From: Eledone cirrhosa
Lineage: Eukaryota
Assembly: GCA_964016885.1 (NCBI GenBank)
Contig: OZ024745.1
Location: forward strand, 10,478,001-10,542,000
Direction of reading: 5' to 3'
Length of the DNA stretch: 64,000 nt
Position 1 is the stretch's first letter. Each line of letters starts with the position of its first letter. Shown here one piece after another: positions 38,392 to 50,080 of the stretch. The translations under genes and the position numbers were made by a program. A model generated the notes under the pieces. That model was not told the origin of the DNA. It searched no databases and saw nothing but the letters and a program-made list of their open reading frames with translations.

Positions 38392-39699
38392 ATGACTGAG
38401 CTAGAGAAGAAATTCCAAACATGGAAGCATGGCCTAGAATCAAAAGGCCTTAAAATTAACCTGGCTAAGACTAAAGTTCTAGTTTGTAGGAAAGAAAATA
38501 AGGCACCGGTCCCCTCCGGGAAATGGCCATGCTCAGTGTGTAGGAAAGGCGTAGGCAGAAACTCCATTTTATGTCCCAAATGCAAAGTATGGGTGCATAA
38601 AAGATGTAGTGGGATCACAGGTAAGCTAACTAAGAACATAGATTTTACATGTGGCCGGTGCTCTGGTGCAATAAGTAGCAGCAAGTGCCCACAAAATACT
38701 AGCTCTTTCAATTGCGCAGAGGGTTCTATAGAAATAGTGGACAGCTTCCGTTACCTGGGTGACAAAATCAGCAGTGGGGGAGGGTGCTCTGAAAGTACAG
38801 TAGCTAGAGTCAGAACTGGATGGAAAAAGTTCAGAGAGCTTATACCACTATTAGCCGCTAAAGGGTTCTCCCTAAAAATGAAAGGCAGGTTATATGATGC
38901 CTGCATACGAACAGCAATGCTGCATGGCAGTGAGACCTGGGCATTGTGTGCAGAGGATATACGCAGACTAGAGAGGAACGAAGCTTGCATACTCCGCTGG
39001 ATGTGTAATAGTAATATACGTGAACGGCTAAGCATAAACGAACTAAGGAAAAAATTAGAAATAAGAGGGATCAGATGTTGTTTACTCGAGAGAAGGCTAC
39101 GTTGGTATGGTCACGTGATGCGCATGAAAGACGACAGCTGTATAACAAAGTGCAGGGCAATAAAGATAGACGGTAGCCATGGAGTAGGCAGACCCAGAAA
39201 AACATGGGACGACATGATAAATTCCGACCTCACACGCTTACACCTCTCCAAGACAATGTCACTGGACTGAGACCTTTGGCGGTATTCAGTAATAGAGAAG
39301 ACCTGCCTTACCTAAATACAAAGTAAAACCTACTACAGTCAGTAGGCATCTCTAACAAAACACCCCTCCGTCCCACCACCCCCACCCCATCCACACCGCC
39401 CCTTTCAATGTAAAGTTATGTTGGTACCTCAACATCCAGGCCGAAACAAATGAGATCGTGTAGGTGTCACGACAAAAAACACACAGTCCACACTGTAATG
39501 TGGCCGTGTAGGCAACACGGTAAAAACCTCCCAGCCCCACACTGTAAATGTGGTTGGTGTTAGGAAGGGCATCCAGCTGTAGAAAACCCGCCAGACAGTC
39601 CTATGCGAGCAAGACAACCACTCTTGCCTCAAGTGGGAAAACCCCCGTCCAAACCCATGCAAGCGTGGAACACGGACGTTAAACGATGATGATGATGAT
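38392..39699 (+). mobile_element. RTE family-2 5'-truncated copy (RT motif 6, PHD finger, C-terminus, 3'UTR, (GAT)n tail)
   Basis: The open frame MTELEKKFQTW...CSVC...CPKC...HKRC...CGRC...FRYLG... matches 48392-49935. Confidence 0.92.
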
Positions 39700-39709
39700 A
39701 CAGGTATAG

Positions 39710-39753
<44 letters not shown>

Positions 39754-39782
39754 GTATAGAGTCATATATATATATATATATA

Positions 39783-40114
39783 TAATACAGAGTACCCGAC
39801 CTCCCATGGGTACAAGCTGAAGCATATAGACAATATGCCCCCCTACCCCCCACCGCAAGGTGGTCATGGAGGTGCCACGGCAAAAAAAGCACCCAGCCCA
39901 CACTGTAAAGTGGACGTGTAGGTGCCACGAAAAAGCACCCAGCACTCACTGTAAATGAGGTTGGTGTTAGGAAGGGCATCCAGCTGTAGAAATCAAGCCA
40001 GATCAGTTCCTGTATGAGCAAGGCATGGTCAGCCGACCAGACACTGCCCACAACAGGACAACCCGTCTAACCCATGCTAGCGTGGAAGAACGGATGTAAA
40101 ACGGTGATGATGAT
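39783..40114 (+). mobile_element. RTE family-1 3'UTR fragment
   Basis: Reverse complement of 37850-38173; ends in a (GAT)n tail. Confidence 0.85.
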
Positions 40115-40565
40115 ATATATATATATATATATATATATACAGGTATACAGTCATATATATATATATACATACAGGTATAGAGTCACAGATATATACATAT
40201 ATATGTATATATCTGATGTATGTCAACATGTGTATACAATGTCATGTACACTGTCATACACATATGTACAGTCTTACACAAGTACACACACACACATATA
40301 TATATACACATACACATATATACATACATATATATATACACATATATATGTGTGTATATATATGTATATATATGTGTATATATATATACATACCTTTGTT
40401 TAAGGATATCTGTACATCTACACACACACACACACACACACGCACATATATAGGTTATAGAGGCCAAACAAACAGAGAATGGCACCAAAAAGCCATCAGC
40501 CACCTAAGCCCCAAAAAACGAAGCAAGCCAAACAGGTCAAACAGAAGACTATATATATATGTATA

Positions 40566-43500
40566 TCATCATCATCATCATCATCATCGTCGTTTAACGT
40601 CCCTGTTCCACGCTTGCATGGGTTTGGACGCTTGCATGGGTTTGGACGGGGGTTTTCCCACTTGAGGCAAGAGTGATTATCTTGCTCGCATAGGACTGTC
40701 TGGCGGGTTTTCTACAGCTGGATGCCCTTCCTAACACCAACCACATTTACAGTGTGGGGCTGGAGGTTTTTACCGTGTTGCCTACACGGCCACATTACAG
40801 CGTGGACTGTCTGGCGGGTTTTCTACAGCTGGATGCCCTTCCTAACACCAACCACATTTATAGTGTGGGGCTGGGAGGTTTTTACCGTGTTGCCTACACG
40901 GCCACATTACAGCGTGGACTGTGTGTTTTTTGTCGTGACACCTACACGATCTCATTTGTTTCGGCCTGGATGGTGTGGCACCAACATAACTTTGCATTGA
41001 AGGGGTTGGACGTGGGTGTATTTTGTTAGAGATGCCTACTGACTAGTAGGTTTTACTTTGTATTTAGGTAAGGCGGGTCTTCTCTGTTACTGAGTACCGC
41101 CAAAGGTCTCGGTCCAGTGACATTGTCTTGGAGAGGTGTAAGTGTGTGAGGTCGGAATTTATCAGCTCGTCCCAGGTTTTCCTGGGTCTGCCTACTCCGT
41201 GCCTACCATCTATCTTTATTGCCCTGCACTTTGTTATACAGCTGTCGTCTTTCATGCGCATCACGTGACCATACCAACGTAGCCTTCTCTCGAGTAAACA
41301 ACATCTGATCCCTCTTATTTCTAATTTTTTTCTTAGTTCGTTTATGCTTTGCCGTTCACGTATATTACTATTACACATCCAGCGGAGCATGCAAGCTTCG
41401 TTCCTCTCTAGTCTGCGTATATCCTCTGCACACAATGCCCAGGTCTCACTGCCATGCAACATTGCTGTTCGTATGCAGGCAACATACAACCTGCCTTTCA
41501 TTTTTAGGGAGAACCCTTTAGCGGCTAATAGTGGTATAAGCTCTCTGAACTTTTTCCATCCAGTTCTGACTCTAGCTACTGTACTTTCAGAGCACCCTCC
41601 CCACTGCTGATTTTGTCACCCAGGTAACAGAAGCTGTCCACTATTTCTATAGAACCCTCTGCGCAATTGAAAGAGCTAGTATTTTGTGGGCACTTGCTGC
41701 TACTTATTGCACCAGAGCACCGGCCACATGTAAAATCTATGTTTTTAGTTAGCTTACCTGTGATCCCACTACATCTTTTATGCACCCATACTTTGCATTT
41801 GGGACATAAAATGGAGTTTCTACCTACGCCTTTCCTACACACTGAGCATGGCCATTTCCCGGAGGGGACCGGTGCCTTATTTTCTTTCCTACAAACTAGA
41901 ACTTTAGTCTTAGCCAGGTTAATTTTAAGGCCTTTTGATTCTAGGCCGTGCTTCCATGTTTGGAATTTCTTCTCTAGCTCGGCCATTGATTCAGCTATGA
42001 GCGTTAGATCATCTGCGTATAGGAGTTCCCATGGGCAGCCGGTCTTGAACTCCTCTGTTATAGCCTGAAGGGCAATAATAAATAGTAGGGGGCTAAGAAC
42101 AGAGCCCTGATGGACACCAACTTTTACGCTAAACTCTTCACTATATTCGTTGTTAATTCTAACCTTGCTGACTGTTTCTTTATACATGGCTTGTATGGCT
42201 CTCACAAGCCATTCGTCAACACCTAGTTTTCTAAGAGCCCACCAGATAATGGAACGGGAGACTCTGTCGAAGGCTTTCTCCAAGTCGACAAAAGCTAAGT
42301 ATAGGAGTTTACTTTTAGCTAGGTACTTCTCCTGTAGTTGTCGTACAATGAAAAGAGCGTCTGTGGTACTTTTCCTGACACAAACGCGAACTGCATTTCA
42401 TGTAGATCAATTCTCTCTCTGATTAGTTGCGCTACTACTTTTTCCGTGACCTTCATGACCTGGTCGATTAATTTAATGCCTGTATAGTTACTCCTATCTA
42501 GGGCGTCTCCTTTACCCTTGTAACAGTTAACGATGATGCTGCTACGCCAGTCCTTCGGAACAACCCCATTCTGTATGACTTGGTTTACTATCCGGGTGAC
42601 CATGGTGTGTCCCACCGTACCGGAGGCTTTTAGCATCTCAGCAACTATTTCCGAAGGCCCAGCCGCCTTACCCGTCTTCATATCTTTGATTGCCTTACTT
42701 ATTATACTACCTTCGACTAACACTGCTGGTCCCTCTATTGGATCGATCTGGGGGAGACTATTCTTCTCCCATTTATTCTCCTCATTTAGTAGCCTTTCGT
42801 AGTGACACTTCCAAGCTACTTTCTTATCAGCGTCAGTGATGGCAAGTACGCCATCATCGTTAAGTACACACTTCTCCCCGACAATATCACGGTTTTCCTT
42901 GACACATTGCCTAGCAATCCTGAACACCTCACGTTTTTGGTCCTCGCGTTGTAGAACATGCTTGAACTTTCTTTCCTCTGCTTCCCTTCTTGCGAAGTAC
43001 ACTTGTCTCCTAGCTTCCCTCCTGGCCACTTGATAGTCTTCTCTACTTCCTCCATCCCGCCATGCTTTCCAAGCCTGCTTTTTGGCCTTGATTGACCCCT
43101 CCACCTTACTGTTCCACCACCATGTTCCTCTCCTCCTGCCTACAGGCCTGTTCCAGCCACAGACTTCGTCTGCCGCCATCAGCAGGTTTGCTTTCAGGAA
43201 TTCCCACTGTTCCTCTACCTTGTACGACTCTAATTGCTCTTCCTTACTGTCGAAAGCATCAAGTAATATGCTTTGAAATTTATTTCTGGCTGTGGGATCC
43301 TTTAGCTTCCATATTTTTCTCCTGAGGATAGTCCTCTTCTGCTGTCTAGTACGTCTCGTCCTGACTATGAGGTCGCTGACTATGAGTCTATGTTGGGAGG
43401 TGCATTGTTCATGGGGGAGGGATTTAGTGTTTACAACAGACACACTCTGTCACGTCTTCTGGTAAGGATATAATCTACCTGGCTTGTGTGTTCCCCCGAT

Positions 43501-44190
43501 CTATAGGTGATCAAGTGATTGCCTCGTTTTTTGAAGTTAGTGTTACAGATAGTTAGGTTATTTGCATCACAGAATTCCAGGATTCTGGAGCCTTCCTCGT
43601 TTCTAGTACCAAACCCATAGCCTGCGTGGATTCCGTCATAGCCGTCACAATGTTGTCCAACGTGACCATTTAGGTCGCCAGCAATAATTATATAGTCACT
43701 GTCGGTTATTTGGGAGGTAGTGAGCATCAGTGTCTCATAGAATCTGTCTTTTATAGCGCTAGGCAGTCCGGATTGGGGCGCGTATGCAGATATTACTGTC
43801 ACAGTAGTTCTGTTTAGAACAAGTCTTATTTTAATTATTCTGTCATTCACTCTATTTACATCTATTATCTTATCCACCCATTTTTCTGCTAACATGATTC
43901 CTACCCCACCTATCCCATTGTCATTCCCCAACCCAGAAAAGCTTATAGCAACGTTTTTTACCCACAATGAATCTAGCAGACCCGCCCCTCCACCTGGTCT
44001 CTTGGATACAGCAAACATCAACCTCCTTACGTTCAAGCATTTCTACAACCTCGTTAGAGCGGCCTTTTAAGGTGCCTACGTTCATGGTACCAACTCTGAA
44101 GTTTTGGATTGTGTTTGGAGGATGGGGCGCAGGGAGGGGTGAGGGGAATGAGTTTGGGGTTATGTTGGCCATCCGCGGCCGAAACAAAGA
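40566..44190 (-). mobile_element. RTE family-2 LINE with near-complete ORF2 (APE + RT + PHD), about four frameshifts
   Basis: ORF pieces MANITP...MNVGTL...IQETRW, AGDLNGHVG, QVDYIL, EKAFD, QGSVLSPLLF, LLYADDL. Frameshifts near 43935, 43440, 42370 and 41600. Stop at 41064; (CAT)n tail at 40566. Confidence 0.95.
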
Positions 44191-44213
44191 GGGGGGGGGC
44201 CTTATATATATAT

Positions 44214-44997
44214 ATAAACGGAAAAAATGAAACGAAATTTCATTTCCCACTCTTAGTACGGCTGATACTTAAATATAAGTATGTATACGTACATACATAT
44301 ATGTATACAGACGTACAGTAGTATGTATATATATATACATACATGCACACATATATATATATACGTATGGATTCACTCAGCGTTCCTTTGTCAGTGTTGA
44401 GCAAACGAGCAACGATGGTCGCTGGACACTACGGCTTAATACGGGATGTTTGTTTACAAACACACCGAGCATTATAATAGATGTTCGGTGAATCCATACG
44501 TACATATATATATGTGTGCATGCATGTATATATATATACATACTACTGTACATCTGTATAAATATATGTATGTACGTGTACATACTTATATTTAAGTAAC
44601 AGCCGTACTAAGAGTGGGAAATGAAATATCGTTTCATTTTTTCCGTTTATCGTTTTCGGTGCACCCGGCCGATTAACCCACTCGATATGCAAATTGGGCT
44701 ACTCAGCCGTTAATATGCATAAGGTAAGTATATACGTTCAACAATCTGGCAGGAAGGTATACGTTGCTGACGATAGCTAATAAGCTTGAAACTAGTACAG
44801 CGTTCCTTTGTCAGTGTTGAGCAAACGAGCAACGATGGTTGCTAGACACTACGGCTTAATACGGGATGTTTGTTTACAAACACACCGAGCATTATAATAA
44901 ATGTTCGGTGAATCCATACGTACATATATATATGTGTGTGCATGTATGTATATAAATATACATACTACTGTACGTCTGTAAACATATATGTATGTAC

Positions 44998-45005
<8 letters not shown>
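44214..45005 (+). mobile_element. Non-coding retrozyme / Penelope-like element: inverted 5' segment + 420-nt unit + partial second unit
   Basis: Direct repeat with period 420 (starts at 44378 and 44798). Segment 44214-44376 is the reverse complement of 44488-44650. A hammerhead sits at the unit junction, and both ends lie in (TA)n. Confidence 0.72.
44746..44814 (+). ncRNA. Type I hammerhead ribozyme
   Basis: Core CTGACGA (44767-44773); stem II AGCT-aata-AGCT; GAAAC; palindromic stem III ACTAGT; cleavage triplet GTA (44795-44797). Stem I is ACGTTG/CAGCGT, extended past a bulge by GAAGG/CCTTT and CTGGC/GTCAG. Non-canonical U-U at the base of stem II. Confidence 0.72.
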
Positions 45006-45045
<40 letters not shown>

Positions 45046-45260
45046 TATCATCATCACCGTTTTACGTCCGTTCTTCCACGTTAGCATGGGTTAGACGTAT
45101 ATATATATAAGAATTGAAATACTAGAGTGTGTTGGAGTTAAACACCCTCTTCATATTATAGAAATGACAGTATAAGATATAGCTCAATGCAATTAAACAG
45201 AGCCGAAGAATTATAAAAAATGAACCAAAGAAGCCTTCAATACATCAAAAGTCTTTATTA

Positions 45261-45298
45261 GCCAACAATGTTTCGTCCTATTAAGGACTCATCAGGGC
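45261..45298 (-). ncRNA. Minimal type I hammerhead ribozyme motif (Penelope-type)
   Basis: Minus strand reads GCC-CTGATGA-GTCCT-taat-AGGAC-GAAAC-att-GTT-GGC, followed by AATAAA. Confidence 0.65.
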
Positions 45299-45373
45299 AA
45301 GTAAAGCTACAAGAAGCACTATCGGCTAATACAAGCCAAAAACTCAGAATTTTATATCATCATCATCATCATC

Positions 45374-45431
<58 letters not shown>

Positions 45432-45459
45432 CATATATATATATATATATATGTAATTT

Positions 45460-48400
45460 AAACTCTTAACCTCTGCTCCATCCCATCTTCTACCCCCTAC
45501 CCATACATCATGCTGGTTCCTGCCCCCCCCCCCTCCCTCTCTATACATATAAGATAAACCCTACCAAAATTAATCACAATCGCCAACTCGCTATTTCTGG
45601 GATGGCTGTTCCTGCGGTATAAAGTAACGTTCAAATATTTTTCTCGATTCTTCTCTCCATTCGAATCCATTATTTCAATCACTATTCTATGTCCTAATTT
45701 CACACTATATCATATTTTCACCATTCTATATCATATTTTTTCTCGATTCTTCTCTCCATTCGAATCCATTCATTCAATCACTATTCTATGTCCTAATTTC
45801 ACACTATATCATATTTTCACCATTCTATATCATATTTTTTCTCTAAAAATCATATTTTCCCTATCACCGCATTTTCTCTATCGTATTTTCTTAAACAAAA
45901 CAAATCTTGTATTTTCGTTTATTGTTAAATTATGCCCAAAATACGGCGATCTTATCTTAAACCTTACATTCTCGCTAACAACCCATCATCCCTCCCACCC
46001 TCCCCCACGCACCACCATTATTACGTGGACCAATCATAAGTCAGAGGCCCATACTATCGCTTAACTGGTTGCTTTTCGATATGATGGATGGACTACGGAA
46101 TTCTGGAGAGTTGAAGAGAGAAAAATGTGGACGCTCAGCGACAATGCCAAAGATAAAGACAAATTCACCTCGTGGACGAGAATGCAAGCACTCCGCCTTG
46201 TTTCGGCCCAGGATGGCTAACATAACCCCATCCCCCCCCCGTGCCCCACCGCTCCCACCCTCCAAACGCAATCCAAAACTTCAGAGTTGGTACCATGAAT
46301 GTAGGCACCTTAAAGGGTCGCTCTAACGAGGTTGTAGAAATGCTTGAACGTAAGGAGGTCGATGTTTGTTGTATTCAAGAGACCAGGTGGAGGGGAGGGT
46401 CGGCTAGATTCATCGTGGGTAAAGAACGATGCTATAAGCTTTTCTGGGTGGGAAATGACAATGGGTTGGGTGGGGTAGGAATCATGGTAGCAGAAAAGTG
46501 GGCAGATAAGATAATAGACGTAAATAGAGTGAACGACAGAATAATTAAAATAAGACTTGTCCTCAATAAAACTACGGTGACAGTAATATCTGCGTACGCA
46601 CCACAATCCGGACTGCCCGGTGCTATAAAAGACAGATTCTACGAGACACTGATGCTCGCTACCTCCCAAATAACCGACAGTGACTATATAGTTATTGCAG
46701 GCGACCTAAATGGTCATGTTGGACAACATTGTGACGGCTATGACGGAATCCATGGAGGCTATGGGTTCGGTACTAGAAATGAGGAAGGCTCCAAAATCCT
46801 GGAATTCTGCGACGCAAATAACTTAACTATCTGTAACACTAACTTCAAAAAACGAGACAATCACTTGATCACCTATAGATCGGGGGAACACACAAGCCAG
46901 GTAGATTATATCCTTACCAGAAGACGTGACAGAGTGTCTGTTGTTAACACTAAATCCCTCCCCCATGAAGAATTCACCTCCCAACATAGACTGATAATTA
47001 GCGACCTCATAGTCAGGACGAGACGTACTAGACAGCGGAAGGGGACTATCCTCAGGAGAAAAATATGGAAGCTAAAGGACCCCATAGCCAGAAATAAATT
47101 TCAAAGCATATTACTTGACGCTTTCGACAGTAAGGAAGAGCAATTAGAGTCGTATAATATAGAGGAACAGTGGGAATTCCTGAGAGCAAACCTGCTGACG
47201 GCGGCAGACGAAGTCTGTGGCTGGAGCAGGCCTGTAGGTAGGAGGAGAGTAACATGGTGGTGGAACAGTAAGGTGGAGGAGTCAATTAAGGCCAAAAAGC
47301 AGGCTTGGAAAGCATGGCGGGATGGAGGAAGTAGAGAAGACTATCAAGTGGCCAGGAGGGAAGCTAGGAGACAAGTGTACTTCGCAAGAAGGGAAGCAGA
47401 GGAAAGAAAGTTCAAGCATGTTCTACAACGTGAGGACTAAAAACGTGAGGTGTTCAGGATTGCCAGGCAATGTGTCAAGGAAAACCGTGATATTGTCGGG
47501 GAGAAGTGTGTACTTAACGATGATGGCATACTTGCCATCACCGACGCTGATAAGAAGGTAGCTTGGAAGTGTCACTACGAAAGGCTTCTAAATGAGGAGA
47601 ACAAATGGGAGAAAGACAGTCTCCCCCACATCGACCCAATAGAGGGACCAGCAGTGTTAGTCCAGGGTAGTACAATAAGCAAGGCAATCAAAGATATGAA
47701 GACGGTTAAGGCGGCTGGTCCTTCGGAAATAGTTGCTGAGATTCTGAAGGCATCTGGTTCGGTGGGACACACCATGGTCACCCGGATAGTAAACCAAGTC
47801 ATACAGAATGGGGTTGTTCCGAAGGACTGTCGTAGCAGCATCATCGTTAACTGCTATAAGGGAAAAGGAGATGCCCTAGATAGGAGTAACTATAGAGGCA
47901 TTAAATTAATCGACCAGGTCATGAAGGTCACGGAAAAAGTAATAGCGCAACTAATCAGAGAGAGAATTGATCTAGATGAAATGCAGTTCGGGTTTGTGTC
48001 AGGCAAAAGTACCACAGACGCTCTTTTCATTGTACGACAACTACAGGAGAAGTACCTAGCTAAAAGTAAACCCCTATACTTAGCTTTCGTCGACTTCGAG
48101 AAAGCCTTCGACAGAGTCCCCCGTTCCATTATCTGGTGGGCTCTTAGAAAACTAGGCGTTGACGAATGGCTTGTGAGAGCTATACAAGCCATGTATAAAG
48201 AAACAGTCAGTAAGGTTAGAATTAACAACGAATATAGTGAAGAGTTTAGCGTAAAAGTTGGTGTCCATCAGGGCTCTGTTCTTAGCCCCCTACTATTTAT
48301 TATTGCCCTTCAGGCTATAACAGAGGAGTTCAAGACCGGCTGCCCATGGGAACTCCTATACGCAGATGATCTAACGCTCATAGCTGAATCAATGACCGAA

Positions 48401-49356
48401 CTAGAGAAGAAATTCCAAACATGGAAGCACGGCCTAGAATCAAAAGGCCTTAAAATTAACCTGGCTAAGACTAAAGTTCTAGTTTGTAGGAAAGAAAATA
48501 AGGCAGCAGTCCCATCTGGGAAATGGCCATGCTCAGTGTGTAGGAAAGGCGTAGGTAGAAACTCCATTTTATGTCCCAAATGCAAAGTATGGGTGCATAA
48601 AAGATGTAGTGGGATCACAGGTAAGCTAACTAAGAACATAGATTTTACATGTGGCCGGTGCTCTGGTGCAATAAGTAGCAGCAAGTGCCCACAAAATACT
48701 AGCTCCTTCAACTGCGCAGAGGGTTCTATAGAAATAGTGGACAGCTTCCGTTACCTGGGTGACAAAATCAGCAGTGGGGGAGGGTGCTCTGAAAGTACAG
48801 TAGCTAGAGTCAGAACTGGATGGAAAAAGTTCAGAGAGCTTATACCACTATTAGCCGCTAGAGGGTTCTTCCTAAAAATGAAAGGCAGGTTATACGATGC
48901 CTGCATACGAACAGCAATGCTGCATGGCAGTGAGACCTGGGCATTGTGTGCAGAGGATATACGCAGACTAGAGAGGAACGAAGCTTGCATGCTCCGCTGG
49001 ATGTGCAATAGTAATATATGTGAACGGCAAAGCATAAACGAACTAAGGAAAAAATTAGAAATAAGAGGGATCAGATGTTGTTTACTCGAGAGAAGGCTAC
49101 GTTGGTACGGTCACGTGATGCGCATGAAAGACGACAGCTGTATAACAAAGTGCAGGGCAATAAAGATAGACGGTAGCCACGGAGTAGGCAGACCCAGAAA
49201 AACATGGACGAGCTGATAAATTCCGACCTCACACGCTTACACCTCTCCAAGAAAATGTCACTGGACCGAGACCTTTGGCGGTACTCAGTAATAGAGAAGA
49301 CCCGCCTTACCTAAATACAAAGTAAAAACCTACTACAGTCAGTAGGCATCTCTATC

Positions 49357-49392
<36 letters not shown>

Positions 49393-49937
49393 ACCCCATC
49401 CACACCGCCCCTTTCAATGTAAAGTTATGTTGGTCCCACAACATCCAGGCCGAAACAAATGAGATCGTGTAGGTGTCACGATAAAAAAACACACAGTCCA
49501 CGCTGTAAATGTGGCCGTGTAGGCAACACGGTAAAAACCTCCCAGCCCCACACTGTAAATGTGGTTGGTGTTAGGAAGGGCATCCAGCTGTAAAAAACCC
49601 GCCAGACAGTCCACGCTGTAATGTGGCCGTGTAGGCAACACGGTAAAAACCTCCCAGCCCAACACTGTAAATGTGGTTGGTGTTAGGAAGGCCATCCAGC
49701 TGTAGAAAACCCGCCAGACAGTCCACGCTGTAATGTGGCCGTGTAGGCAACACGGTAAAAACCTCCCAGCCCCACACTGTAAACGTGGTTGGTGTTAGGA
49801 AGGGCATCCAGCTGTAGAAAACCCGCCAGACAGTCCTATGCGAGCAAGACAACCACTCTTGCCTCAAGTGGGAAAACCCCCGTCTAAACCCATGCAAGCG
49901 TGGAACACGGACGCTAAACCTGATGATGATGATGATG
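45460..49937 (+). mobile_element. RTE family-2 LINE, probably full length (5'UTR, candidate short ORF1, ORF2 46213-49314, 3'UTR, (GAT)n tail)
   Basis: APE motifs (NVGTL, QETRW, GDLNG, DYIL, SQH), RT motifs (DFEKAFD, QGSVLSP, YADD, RYLG) and a PHD finger at 48530-48661. Lesions: a poly-C frameshift at ~46235, TAA at 47438 (CAA in the sister copy) and a 1-nt deletion at ~49207. The 5' boundary is uncertain; a ~100-bp tandem duplication lies at 45640-45840. Confidence 0.92.
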
Positions 49938-49938
49938 A

Positions 49939-50027
<89 letters not shown>

Positions 50028-50038
50028 CATATATATAT

Positions 50039-50080
<42 letters not shown>

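Larger units (their letters stand above)
36420..40190. repeat. Compound satellite TACAGGTATAGAGTCAC(AT)n hosting several insertions
   Basis: The motif recurs at 36422-36470, 37370-37800, 39699-39770 and 40138-40186, separated by inserted elements. Confidence 0.85.
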
